IMG/VR virus record: IMGVR_UViG_3300043409_000928 | Span: 221,305-285,304 of that record | Length of the DNA stretch: 64,000 bases | Reading direction: 5' to 3' (one strand) | Shown: piece by piece, positions 1 through 9,950 of the stretch | Position numbering within the stretch: the stretch's first letter is position 1 | How the letters are laid out: the number at the start of each line of letters is the position of its first letter | Notes under the pieces: generated by a model | Told to the model about the DNA's origin: nothing | Seen by the model: the letters and a program-made list of their open reading frames with translations, nothing else | The model's database searches: none | Position numbers and translations under genes: made by a program

Positions 1-374
1 AGCTTCCAAGTAATTGTATTGCCACCTATTTCAGGAATGGTACCGCATATGACGCCTTTGGTGGTGCAGGTGGCACCTTCTCCAAACAGGCTGTCAGTTA
101 ATTGTTTGGCCAACTGACTATAAATTCTACTTTCCAAGTTGGCAACAAATCTGGCAGTTGGCGTATTCAATGCGTCTGCTTCTGCTCGTTGTTTCAGCGC
201 ATCAACTAGATTTTTATTCTTTTCTTTTTGTTGATCTTCCAGTTGTTTGATAGTTAATACATGAGAAGAATATCCCACGCCACTGAATGCCGGGCTATTA
301 AATGAATGTTGTAGTTCTGCAGAAAGCACCGTTGCTGATGCAAAGATCAATACTACTGCCGTTATTGTTTTCAT
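1..374 (-). CDS. CsgF-like (curli assembly) secreted protein, 3' end runs off the window
   Basis: Hand translation MKTITAVVLIFASATVLSAELQHSFNSPAFSGVG...FVANLESRIYSQLAKQLTDSLFGE: signal peptide plus CsgF-like FNSPAF and LESRIYSQLA motifs; not in ORF track. Confidence 0.65.
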   Translation of the reverse strand, partial: MKTITAVVLIFASATVLSAELQHSFNSPAFSGVGYSSHVLTIKQLEDQQKEKNKNLVDALKQRAEADALNTPTARFVANLESRIYSQLAKQLTDSLFGEGATCTTKGVICGTIPEIGGNTITWK

Positions 375-461
375 AATTTAACCCATTAATAAATTCCATA
401 CAGCTATATTTAAATATAGGTATAGAACAGTAAACAGCATAGTTAACCTATGCTGTTGGGT

Positions 462-1709
462 TTATTTCAACTGTCTAGGGCCGGAAGTGTTGGTAAGACG
501 TGTGCCAGATGGAGTCTTTTCAGCTTTGGCCTGTTGCTTGGCCGCTTTGGCTTGTTCTTTGTCTGCTTTGGCCTGTTGCTTGACCGCATCTTTTTCTGCT
601 TTGGCCGCGGCGTTGGCACCAAAAGTGGTGTCAACAATTTCCATCTGCGGATAAGGTAAACGCACATCTTTGGTACTGGTCAAGTATGCTGTGCCTGCAT
701 GTAAGCGAACACCGCTGGCTGAAAGTTCCTCAGCAGTTTTAAACCAGATGGAACTGATTGGGTCAGTGGTAAGATTCATGTACAATACACCATCATCATC
801 CTTCTTACTCATATAGTAGTTAAAGCTGGCCTGTGAGTATGATTGTAGTGCCGCACCTAGATTGCTTTGGTATATTCCATCTATAATGTCATTCACACTG
901 GCCGCATTTGCTGTGCCACTACCACCAAATATCAATGTGACAAGATTTTCTAACTGTGTGAAGAATGATTCATATTCTTCTTTCATTTCTGCGGCTTCAA
1001 AGTATTCTTTAATAGCAATGGCCTGCTTGATACTAAGACCACTGGCAGGCATTGTAATTTCGTTGCCCAATTTATCTTTAACAAACTTATTAAGTGCTGT
1101 AGCAGCCGCTTCAAATCCGTTGCCTGGTCGAACTTCTTGGTCAGTGAATCGACCTGCACCGCCATCAGTTGTTTTACATTCAACTTTTACTTTGCCTACC
1201 ATTAGGTCGCCCTTGTCTGGCTTGCTAATGCTCTTGCTCATGACATTAAGACCAAATTCGCCTTTGCCCTGTCCCAGTGCGGCCACACGCATTAGATCGT
1301 TGGCAATTTCTTTAATAGCAGGGTTAGTGCCATATGAAGTTACAATGTCAGCAAAGTTGTGTTTCTTGCCTTGGTCTAGCAGAACATTGTGCTTGATTAA
1401 CTTGTCACTACGCCACAATGTGAACAACTCATCACGCTGTGCTGGTTCCATATCAATGCTTAGGATATAACGAGCAATCAGTTTCTGTGCTTGATCCACT
1501 GCCGGATCTTTGATACTTGCTAGTTCATTGTTGATAATGCCCATCTTGCCACCGGCGTTGACATTCTTTAATAGATCTTCAATTTCTCTAAGAGCTTTGA
1601 TGGTGGCATCGTCTGCTGGCAAGCCTTTAATTTTACCAGAGATGATTGCTTTCAGTGCATCTAAGTCTGCTGTATCTGGTGCTTCTTTGAGTAATGATCT
1701 AAGTAACAT
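462..1709 (-). CDS. Putative internal head protein with PD-(D/E)xK nuclease-like motif and Lys/Ala/Gln-rich tail
   Basis: N-term MLLRSLLKE|A; GEFGL...PDKGDLMV...VECKT resembles E...D...ExK nuclease motif; C-term KAEKDAVKQQAKADKEQAK repeats. Confidence 0.5.
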   Translation of the reverse strand: MLLRSLLKEAPDTADLDALKAIISGKIKGLPADDATIKALREIEDLLKNVNAGGKMGIINNELASIKDPAVDQAQKLIARYILSIDMEPAQRDELFTLWRSDKLIKHNVLLDQGKKHNFADIVTSYGTNPAIKEIANDLMRVAALGQGKGEFGLNVMSKSISKPDKGDLMVGKVKVECKTTDGGAGRFTDQEVRPGNGFEAAATALNKFVKDKLGNEITMPASGLSIKQAIAIKEYFEAAEMKEEYESFFTQLENLVTLIFGGSGTANAASVNDIIDGIYQSNLGAALQSYSQASFNYYMSKKDDDGVLYMNLTTDPISSIWFKTAEELSASGVRLHAGTAYLTSTKDVRLPYPQMEIVDTTFGANAAAKAEKDAVKQQAKADKEQAKAAKQQAKAEKTPSGTRLTNTSGPRQLK

Positions 1710-2425
1710 TATATTGTAATTCCGTCTCTGGCAAGTGTTTCGCGAGCATCTGCTAGTATAGCATCTGCATCTGGGTTACCATCCAGTCTTGATAGAATCT
1801 TTTCTACGCTGGTAATGTCCCCACGAGTTGCACCGTCACCTAACAGTGTTTGTGCAATTTCATCTGGGTCTGTACTGATAACCTGATTGGTTTCTCTGTT
1901 GATTAGTCCAGTGGTAGGACTCCACTTGAATCCTTTGTGCTTGGCCACTGCACTCATGACCACGTGCTTGTTGGCATCTTTGAAGTTGCTTTGTGGATCA
2001 GCGGCCATTGCAAATTTAGCAAACTCAAGGTTAGGTAGAAACATAAAGTCTGTTTGTACGTAACCTCGATCTGGGCTTCCACCAATTGGCGTAAGGAAGT
2101 GTACACTTACACCTGACTTCCTGATTGCTGACTTTGGATCAACATTGTGCTTACTGCACCATGCGCTGAGTTTAGCAATCAGCTCGTCTTTGGTGGCAAC
2201 TGGTGGCATGCCAATATCTAAGTCTCCACTGGTGGGCTTTTTACCAGTGGTACCCAGCATGTGTGGCAAATGCTCATAGTTGGTGATTGTTTCCAACCAA
2301 CGAACTGTGGGCTCAACATCAGCTTGGTTAATGCGTTGAGTGAGAATTTCCCCGTCCTTGCTTTTAAAGACATTGCCGCCTTCTTTGACAATTTGACGGA
2401 CCACTGTGAGTTCACGCAACAACAT
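1709..2425 (-). CDS. Pol beta-family nucleotidyltransferase-like protein, putative internal head protein
   Basis: GTTGKKPTSGDLDIG (G[ST]...DxD) and later VQTDF; N-term MLLRELTVVRQIVKE|GGNVF. Confidence 0.6.
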   Translation of the reverse strand: MLLRELTVVRQIVKEGGNVFKSKDGEILTQRINQADVEPTVRWLETITNYEHLPHMLGTTGKKPTSGDLDIGMPPVATKDELIAKLSAWCSKHNVDPKSAIRKSGVSVHFLTPIGGSPDRGYVQTDFMFLPNLEFAKFAMAADPQSNFKDANKHVVMSAVAKHKGFKWSPTTGLINRETNQVISTDPDEIAQTLLGDGATRGDITSVEKILSRLDGNPDADAILADARETLARDGITI

Positions 2426-2431
2426 GATTGA

Positions 2432-2704
2432 TTATACTGCCTTTTTCTTTGGAGCTCTGGGCTTCTTTGTAGCGCCTGTAGTTTTGGCTTTTGCTGTAAC
2501 AGCTGGGGCAACTGCCGCTTCATCTGAAGCTTTGACCATTAATCCTGCAACAGGTATAAACAACGCTGGTGCCACTTCAGGAGCCATCGATACTATAACT
2601 GCCTCTTTTATAGTGCTTTCAACCTTGTATGGCACGGCCTCTACAGCATTTTCTACAGTAGTTTCAGCCTTTTTACCAAATAAATTCTTCAAAAATGATA
2701 ACAT
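2432..2704 (-). CDS. Small Ala/Lys-rich protein with basic histone-like tail
   Basis: C-term AKAKTTGATKKPRAPKKKAV; SD AGGA and upstream TAAATA. Confidence 0.5.
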   Translation of the reverse strand: MLSFLKNLFGKKAETTVENAVEAVPYKVESTIKEAVIVSMAPEVAPALFIPVAGLMVKASDEAAVAPAVTAKAKTTGATKKPRAPKKKAV

Positions 2705-2782
2705 TTTAATTTCCTATTCTTTATCAAAGGCTGATGCCTTTTTGTGTAGTATATTTAGTTTTAATTAAATTAAACGGACGCT

Positions 2783-5700
2783 CTAATTAACCAATAATTT
2801 GGCTATCTCATTGCGATACTTAGCCAGCATGATTCGAGTTTTGTTTGCTTTTTCAACTGCACCAGGTGTAGCGGCTTTATCAAACTTGCTGGAATTGATT
2901 ACTTTGTCTAATTTTTCTGCGTATACACGGGAGATTTTCTGCATAAAGTCTTGACTGTTGGCAATGGAATCCAGTGCTCCTGTGCCAAATAGTTCAGCAG
3001 TTTCAAAGTCTGTGGCCATGGCATGAATTGTTTTGACAATGTCACTCAATCGCTGTTCGTCTTTGAGCCCACCGTGTTGCGCCAAGTTGCCCGGCACAAC
3101 GGGCTTGGTGCCGTGTGCCAATTGATAGTAATAGGAATACATGTCCCCGCCCCAATTGTGCGGATCAATGCTTACTGTGCTCAATTGCGTGTCTTTGCTT
3201 TGACGGAAGCTGACTGGTTGCCCGCCACGTGTCTTAACTTGTACGCCTTGTATGCCAAAGCTCATGTTTAATACTTCAGCAACGCTACTCATTAGGCTGG
3301 TGCTGATAACACCCTTGACACGATATTCTGGTGCTAGTGCTCGTGCCCAATCGGCATGTTCGTTATAGGTGTAAATTAAATCAACCTGTATGGGACCTGC
3401 GCTGGTATCCATGATAACATTGGTACCGTTGCTGGTATTGTATTCAGTGTGGCTGTCTGCAAACGACTTTACAGCATCTGCATACTCACTGGTGCGTCGG
3501 GCGGCACCTACACCCTCTCTGCTGTGAATATAGCACACAACATCTACATCACCGTATTCACGAGTAGGATCTGCTGTTAGGTCACGCTTGTAATAGGTAC
3601 CGGACCCAACAGGCTTGCCCATTCTAATTTCAACATCCAGTTCATTCTCAGCTTGCCAAGCATTAAATTCTCTTTCAAAGTGATCCAGCACATTGATTGC
3701 TTCTTCGATCACATGCGGAGTAATCACAGTATTTTGGGTGGCGGCACTGGCCCAGCCACCTTCTGTGATTGATTCGGTCTTCGGAGCCTGTTGTTCTTTA
3801 TACCATTCCCAAGCTTGATTGTTTATTTCTCTGCCAACTGTTCTTCTATAGTAACCTATAAGGCCCACTAGTTTTTGAGTTTCATCCCATACGGCTGAAG
3901 CGTCTTTACCAAACCACGGCTTGAAATCATCACTCTGCGCCCATTCTTTACAATGCTGTCTAAGTTTACTACCATCTGGATCATATGCTTGCCATGCTCT
4001 ACTGCCGGCCAACTCTACATCCAAGTTATCAAACAGGGTTTGTTCAATCAAGGCAGGTGTAATTACTCCTGATTCTTTTTTGTTGTCGATAGTCCGGAGT
4101 TGTTTGATAACTCTTGGATCTAATACTACACCCTGCGTTGGTTCATTGTAGGCAATCCAACCGTGGCCAGGGTCGAACACACTGGTAAAGCCCAAGTCTC
4201 TAAGCACCTTGTTCCAGCGAACAATATTGGTTTCATCACTCTTGCCTAATCTGCTTAAACAATCGTAGATGAACCAGTATGGTGTACCATCGAATTCATC
4301 TTCTTCAGCTGCCTGTTGCATTATTTCTTCTGAACAATACTGACTTAATGCTTGTTTTAATTTGGCACTATCAACTTGTGTTTCTTTTGTCATTTCACCT
4401 GAACGGTCATATTGAAACAACTGGATGTAGGGCATGTCTTCGCCCCATGGTAGTTTTTTACCACTGCGTGCCATGTCTACCGCATAGCCTAAAGGATAAA
4501 AGTAAATGCCTTTAGGAGTATCTTCACTAATACCTACTTGCGGGTTGATACCTAGCTTGGGTTCTGCTGTCATACTGATAGCCCAATTCTTAATGTCGCC
4601 CAAGGTCTTAGCAACAGCCTGCAACTCTTTCATACCTGACGCTGGCCGTGTATTTTGATCTGGATTAGCTCTTGCTTCTGGCAACTGTGCTGATTCATTT
4701 AGTGCAGAATCTGCAAACCAAGGGTCTATGATTACCAGCTGACCATTCTTTCTTTGCATTACATTTTCTGTATGCAAGTCCCAGCCAAACTTGTTTATCC
4801 TACCTGCCTTGTACAGTATCTGCATAACACCATACAATGTATGAAGCTCTTTGAACTTTGAATTATCATCTGCAAATGTCAAGTCTTGCCAGTACTTGGC
4901 CAGGTTGGCGGCCTGTCTTGGATTGTACTCCGTCCAGGTATCAGCCAACCCCAGTGCATGGTCAACTGCGTCCCAGGATTCATCGCCGGCTACAAAATCA
5001 CTAAAGAACCAGACCACACCTTCATTGAATGAATTTTTCTTGATAGGACTCAATCGTTCCATGTCAATTTGTGTGTACTCTCGGTCCAGTACGCTGATTT
5101 TATTATGTTCATTGATCACTGGCAAGCATTCCAAGTTCTGATGTGCCAGGCAGAATTCATAAAACTTGTTGAATACTTGTTCGGCTTGACTGCCAGGATC
5201 TGGCATTAATATTTTAATAATGTGACCTTTGTTTTTGGCCCACACAGTTGAATCGGCACCTGAGCCTACCTGCTTGTAACCCAATGCTGTAAATTCTTTT
5301 TCAATTTGGTCAGCATGTGCTGTGCCTGTTTCTGCTTCCGCCACACCTTGTGGGTTGCCTAATCTCCTAACAGGAATTTTATATTGTTGTATCAGGCTGT
5401 CAATCTCTGGCGGAATGTCGGCAGGCAATACAATTTCTTTAATTTTCCAATTGTCAACCAACACTTCGTGATGGGTTGACGTATCCATACTTAAAGTGGG
5501 ATCAATTTGCCCTGGTCGGCTAACATATTTTTGTTGTCCTCGTTGTCCTGCAGTCATTTTATATTGATCTGACCCCAAATCTGCACGCCCACCAATTGTA
5601 ATATGACCGTCGAGTACAATACCTACGGTTGGATTAGATCCGCCGCCCCACCTATTTTTTCCTAAAGATTCAGCGTTTGGTGCTAGGTAGGCGCTTAGTT

Positions 5701-8479
5701 CAATCTTGTTATTCACTTTTCCTTGCAAGAATGACTCTAATTGGTTCAATGGAGCCCAGTGTACTTTTAGCATTGCCGCGGCTTTTTTAGCATCCATTTT
5801 TTGTTGAAATAGTTGTTTAAGATATTTTTCAGCACTGTAAGATTTAGTATTCATATCTTTACCAGCATCAAGTGTAGATAATCTTTCATACTCGGCCTTT
5901 TCTTGAGGAGTCATCCAGGCATAATTGTTTAGTTCAGCATCTATTCTTCTTTGAAATTCGGTATTATATAAATTTTTCAATTCTGGATTTGTTTTATATA
6001 ATGCCAAACGATCCTTCATTGGCATTGCTGATATCTGGTCATAGTTGAAACTACCAGTGGTATCTTCCGCCACACCTTGCTTGGGAATCAACAACTCAGG
6101 CATGCGATATTCACTAACATCTACTGGATATGGCTGTAATGATGCTTTGTATGCCTCAGCATACTGTTGTTTTTCCACTGTGGTTTTGGCTCTGTAAAAC
6201 TTGTTGGCAATGGCCATGTCGCCCACCAAAGTTCCCGGTGGAATTGAAATCTTTTTTGGACCGTAGTATTTTAATTTGTCAGAATCTTTGTTGGTCAAAC
6301 TGTAAAAGGTTGATTCCCATTTGTCTGGGTGCAAGGCATATTGTGCAGTTGCTCGTTCTGGAACAAACTGTGCCAGTGTATCTGCACCGGGATGAAATTT
6401 ACCCAACTTGGATAAACTTATAGCAGTATCATTGCTTTCGCCTTCCGTCACACCTTGTTTTATTCTGCTTAATTCATATCTAACTATAGTACCAGTGTCT
6501 GCACGGAGAGGCCTATAGCCCCAAGCACGAGCATAACGAATCACCAGTCTATCATATAACTTGGCACGACTTTCACTGTTTTGGTCAGGCTCCACTTCTT
6601 TGCTGGCAGAGAATGTCAATCGTTTTGGATTGTGTTCTTTAATGTATTGCTGGATGGCGGACAATACTGTGGCAAATACTCGTTGAGCATCACCGTCACC
6701 AGTGACTTCTTGGCTGTTGTTTCTGTGGAACTCTACTTGTATGACTTCTTCACCTTCTTCATCATACTCCATGTTGAACATGATGCTGAGGTTAGAACCA
6801 TCTGGCAAGCGAGCTAGAGCATCCATAGAATCATCAGCTTCGCTCTTTTCCCATGACATGGGATAAGGTTGATCAAAAGCTTCGTCAAGACTTTCAGGAG
6901 TCCAGGCCATATTTTTAGCACCTTTCACTGTGGGTTTAAATCCTTGGCTCTTATAAAACTTGGTCAGCTTGGCCTGACTGACTTGCCCTTTGTCCCAGGG
7001 GAATAATGTCAATGCAATGCCTGCATCTTTGGCCAAGGCCTGCAGTTCTTGCATGGCACGACTGCCCACGCCTTGCCGCAATGGATACGCTTGAATCCAT
7101 TTGACTTCTACTGCGCCTCGTCGACTAAAACTTGGCGTCAGCTCAAACATGGCAAACTGTTGATCGTCACCTGTTCCGCCCAGGGGCATGACATGATTGT
7201 TTTGAAAAGTCTGAGGATATTTTGTATATACTGCGTCAATGAAATCTGTAACTTTAGTATCAGCTTCAGTTAAGTTTTCGTTAGTAGGAACTTCACCCAG
7301 GCCAATTTTACCCGGATACATTGCACCGTCTCGAACTCGTTCGCCGCCATCAAAGTAACGTATTTCAATGGGCATGTCTGGCCAGTTTAATCTGTATGCG
7401 GCCATGATGCGGTGATTGCCTTCGTTGACCCAAGCTTCGCCATTATAGGCCACCATGATATAAGGCAAGTATTCATCATCGGGATTGTTGCCTGGAGGTA
7501 GCTTGCCTGTGCGTTCCATATAGTCCATCAACCATTTCAAGTCATCTCGACGCACATTGGTTTGTTCGTTACGCATGCCTGGCAGTGACGCCAGTCGCAT
7601 TACACGCACTCTAGGCGGAGTACCACGCACACTTGCTGTGGTACTGCCCATGTAAGGCACGCCAAAACTGTTGCGACCCTTGCTCTTGGCATAGTCAATT
7701 TTGTCTTGTAGCCAGTCTTCGTTAGGCACATCTATACTCAGGGTGCCCTCTTCTATCACTGCTTCGTCTACAGGACCACGATCAGCGGCCACTGCACTGG
7801 CAATATCCCACCACTCGCCGGGAAAGTATTCTACTTGTAACATGCTGGCAGGTACTGTGCCGGGAACAATTATCTGTTCATCATCGCGCTCAATGCCGTT
7901 TTTATTTTCTGGGTATGCTCCAAACTTTGCCACCAGGTCAGCCCATTTGACACGGAACATGGTGGCTTGTTCTTTGTCGACATGATAGTAGCCACCTTCG
8001 GGATCGTATGCAAAATACACACCTGGACCAGCATATCCATCTGCACTGGGCAGTAATCCTTTACGCAATACGCTGTCTAGTCCACGGGGCATGTATCCTG
8101 CATGGTACACATACTCACCTGGGCCAGCACTTTCTTCTAACTGTAACACAGGTACAAATGCAGGGATAGTGGACATGCCCAGCTCTAGTGCCTTGGTTGC
8201 ACGGTGATTGCCATCTATAATATAACCTTGACTGTCAGCCACAATGGGGCGAGTAGCAATGTCATGGTCAGTAAGGTCGTCCACATAATCAAAATCAATG
8301 TCCAGCACACGATTATATGGGTCGGTCTTTTCGCCAAATTCATTTAGTTCAAGACTGTCAATGTCAATCTTTTTTAATTCCCATTGTGGAACACTGGCTA
8401 TCACGCTGTCTAATTTAAATCCTTTTTTATGGATCTTTTTAATGTAAGTCAATACTTGTGCGCTGGTAAATGTTTTCAT
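2783..8479 (-). CDS. 1898-aa multi-enzyme polyprotein (ParB-like x2, ART-like, GNAT, kinase-like, nucleotidyltransferase, unknown modules)
   Basis: IIDGNHR and VNEGNHR (ParB-like); YHAG..GLLP..VYF..E (ART-like); RQGVGS..LTKFYKSQGF (GNAT); VGSGADSTVW..IIKI..DLHTENVM..IIDP (kinase); GSG..GDVDV..QVDL (NTase); modules separated by [LIV]xE linkers. Confidence 0.8.
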   Translation of the reverse strand: MKTFTSAQVLTYIKKIHKKGFKLDSVIASVPQWELKKIDIDSLELNEFGEKTDPYNRVLDIDFDYVDDLTDHDIATRPIVADSQGYIIDGNHRATKALELGMSTIPAFVPVLQLEESAGPGEYVYHAGYMPRGLDSVLRKGLLPSADGYAGPGVYFAYDPEGGYYHVDKEQATMFRVKWADLVAKFGAYPENKNGIERDDEQIIVPGTVPASMLQVEYFPGEWWDIASAVAADRGPVDEAVIEEGTLSIDVPNEDWLQDKIDYAKSKGRNSFGVPYMGSTTASVRGTPPRVRVMRLASLPGMRNEQTNVRRDDLKWLMDYMERTGKLPPGNNPDDEYLPYIMVAYNGEAWVNEGNHRIMAAYRLNWPDMPIEIRYFDGGERVRDGAMYPGKIGLGEVPTNENLTEADTKVTDFIDAVYTKYPQTFQNNHVMPLGGTGDDQQFAMFELTPSFSRRGAVEVKWIQAYPLRQGVGSRAMQELQALAKDAGIALTLFPWDKGQVSQAKLTKFYKSQGFKPTVKGAKNMAWTPESLDEAFDQPYPMSWEKSEADDSMDALARLPDGSNLSIMFNMEYDEEGEEVIQVEFHRNNSQEVTGDGDAQRVFATVLSAIQQYIKEHNPKRLTFSASKEVEPDQNSESRAKLYDRLVIRYARAWGYRPLRADTGTIVRYELSRIKQGVTEGESNDTAISLSKLGKFHPGADTLAQFVPERATAQYALHPDKWESTFYSLTNKDSDKLKYYGPKKISIPPGTLVGDMAIANKFYRAKTTVEKQQYAEAYKASLQPYPVDVSEYRMPELLIPKQGVAEDTTGSFNYDQISAMPMKDRLALYKTNPELKNLYNTEFQRRIDAELNNYAWMTPQEKAEYERLSTLDAGKDMNTKSYSAEKYLKQLFQQKMDAKKAAAMLKVHWAPLNQLESFLQGKVNNKIELSAYLAPNAESLGKNRWGGGSNPTVGIVLDGHITIGGRADLGSDQYKMTAGQRGQQKYVSRPGQIDPTLSMDTSTHHEVLVDNWKIKEIVLPADIPPEIDSLIQQYKIPVRRLGNPQGVAEAETGTAHADQIEKEFTALGYKQVGSGADSTVWAKNKGHIIKILMPDPGSQAEQVFNKFYEFCLAHQNLECLPVINEHNKISVLDREYTQIDMERLSPIKKNSFNEGVVWFFSDFVAGDESWDAVDHALGLADTWTEYNPRQAANLAKYWQDLTFADDNSKFKELHTLYGVMQILYKAGRINKFGWDLHTENVMQRKNGQLVIIDPWFADSALNESAQLPEARANPDQNTRPASGMKELQAVAKTLGDIKNWAISMTAEPKLGINPQVGISEDTPKGIYFYPLGYAVDMARSGKKLPWGEDMPYIQLFQYDRSGEMTKETQVDSAKLKQALSQYCSEEIMQQAAEEDEFDGTPYWFIYDCLSRLGKSDETNIVRWNKVLRDLGFTSVFDPGHGWIAYNEPTQGVVLDPRVIKQLRTIDNKKESGVITPALIEQTLFDNLDVELAGSRAWQAYDPDGSKLRQHCKEWAQSDDFKPWFGKDASAVWDETQKLVGLIGYYRRTVGREINNQAWEWYKEQQAPKTESITEGGWASAATQNTVITPHVIEEAINVLDHFEREFNAWQAENELDVEIRMGKPVGSGTYYKRDLTADPTREYGDVDVVCYIHSREGVGAARRTSEYADAVKSFADSHTEYNTSNGTNVIMDTSAGPIQVDLIYTYNEHADWARALAPEYRVKGVISTSLMSSVAEVLNMSFGIQGVQVKTRGGQPVSFRQSKDTQLSTVSIDPHNWGGDMYSYYYQLAHGTKPVVPGNLAQHGGLKDEQRLSDIVKTIHAMATDFETAELFGTGALDSIANSQDFMQKISRVYAEKLDKVINSSKFDKAATPGAVEKANKTRIMLAKYRNEIAKLLVN

Positions 8480-8481
8480 AA

Positions 8482-9327
8482 TTACATTACCAATATTTTG
8501 CCTTCAAGATTGGACATTACATCGTTAAACATAAGTTCCATATCTCCGGACAGCATTTCAGTTGCATGAGTTCTACTGGCATCATCTCTGGCCTCAGGCT
8601 TTAAATTTAGATACTTGGAAGGTGAGCCCCAGGCCTGACGTCCGTAGCCCAAGTTACTGGGCAAGGGATTAAAAGTCACATGGCCTGTACCCAGGTATTG
8701 TGCAAATATTTCGTATAAGAATTCATAGGGTCTGCGAATCTGATTACTGCGACTACTTTTTTGTGTGCCTATAGCATTGAATAGGGCATTGTATTCAGGT
8801 GTCAACTCTGATTTTAAGTTGCCGCCACGCTCACCACTCTTACCATAGTATTCTTCCAGCATGGAATTAACCTGTCCAAAGAAATGATTTTCTGCCGACG
8901 GCCATGCACCTTCTCGATCTATTTTCCCGCCCCTGCGGTGACCTGCTTGCACAGCATGTCCAAACCTATGAGCCATAAGCCAGGGTGTAAGCATTTGCTT
9001 GGCGTCGCCTTTGTTGCCCACATACACTATGGTAATGGCATTTTCATGGCCAGCAACAATTTGCTCACCGTCATCTCCAAAGATGATTTTAACTGTCGCT
9101 GGGTCCATTGGGCCGTATTCACTGTATCGCCCTGTGCCTGAGATGTTGCTGAAAAACAGTCTGATATCGTAAGGAGTATTGGCAAAGAACTTTTCTGCTT
9201 TTAAACGATTCATTGGATGCGGAATCAGCTTTTTATCAGCACCACGAAATGGCCCAGGCTTGTCAAAGTCACCCAATGGCACATAATCTGCCATTGGGAC
9301 TTCGTTAATTAAATCGCGTATTTTCAT
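8482..9327 (-). CDS. Hypothetical protein, putative internal head protein
   Basis: 281-aa ORF; N-term MKIRDLINE|V propeptide-like. Confidence 0.6.
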   Translation of the reverse strand: MKIRDLINEVPMADYVPLGDFDKPGPFRGADKKLIPHPMNRLKAEKFFANTPYDIRLFFSNISGTGRYSEYGPMDPATVKIIFGDDGEQIVAGHENAITIVYVGNKGDAKQMLTPWLMAHRFGHAVQAGHRRGGKIDREGAWPSAENHFFGQVNSMLEEYYGKSGERGGNLKSELTPEYNALFNAIGTQKSSRSNQIRRPYEFLYEIFAQYLGTGHVTFNPLPSNLGYGRQAWGSPSKYLNLKPEARDDASRTHATEMLSGDMELMFNDVMSNLEGKILVM

Positions 9328-9932
9328 GCCATGTCGCCTATCTTTAGGTGATAGCCAAACTTTATACTATAGCGTACATCATTGGAACTGTTGCTGCCGC
9401 TGTGCCAACTACTTGCCCAATTGGCCGAGTACCAGCCTTGCCCAAACGCACAGGGCATTACATTTGGAAAATTGCCTGCACGATCGTTGTAGAATACAGT
9501 ACTTTTTTCTTCTATTTCATCTTTATTAAAGAACACCATGCCTGCAGTAACAATTGTACGATCATCAACATGTATGGTAGTGTCAAATCCTGGCAGATCC
9601 CTGCAGACTTCATGATATGGCAGTATGTGTAATTTCAGTTGTTCATAGGTAATATTGCTCCACTCCTGCTGGAAAAGTGAACTTTCCCACAACTTGGCCA
9701 ACAGTATTTCTTGAGCATCATCTAAACTCTTGGCAAATTTAGACAGTACAGGCAAATGGTCTATATCCCAAGCTGTTTGTCTAAATGACCATTTTGAATT
9801 CTCATTATCCCCTCCGGGAAGTTCAGAAGACTGCCGCCATGCCACCTGTTCAAATTCCAATCCGTTAGGCACTTCAAACTCTAGTAGATACAGCAGAGAT
9901 CTGTCCTCAGTAATAGATTTAATTATATCCAT
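9324..9932 (-). CDS. 2OG-Fe(II) oxygenase-like protein
   Basis: HxD (IHVDD), distal H (SWHSG), R (VRYSI). Confidence 0.55.
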   Translation of the reverse strand: MDIIKSITEDRSLLYLLEFEVPNGLEFEQVAWRQSSELPGGDNENSKWSFRQTAWDIDHLPVLSKFAKSLDDAQEILLAKLWESSLFQQEWSNITYEQLKLHILPYHEVCRDLPGFDTTIHVDDRTIVTAGMVFFNKDEIEEKSTVFYNDRAGNFPNVMPCAFGQGWYSANWASSWHSGSNSSNDVRYSIKFGYHLKIGDMA

Positions 9933-9950
9933 GGTCTTAGATCTGCATTA

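Noticed and set aside
2724-2743. AAAGGC-TGAT-GCCTTT hairpin as part of the GCTGAT motif family
   Set aside because: Orientation is opposite to the copies at 19.2-19.6 kb; more simply a short leader or terminator hairpin.
5335-6457. QGVAE repeat as an integron attC or Chi site
   Set aside because: Not palindromic, lacks GTTRRRY cores, does not match GCTGGTGG, and no integrase is in the window.
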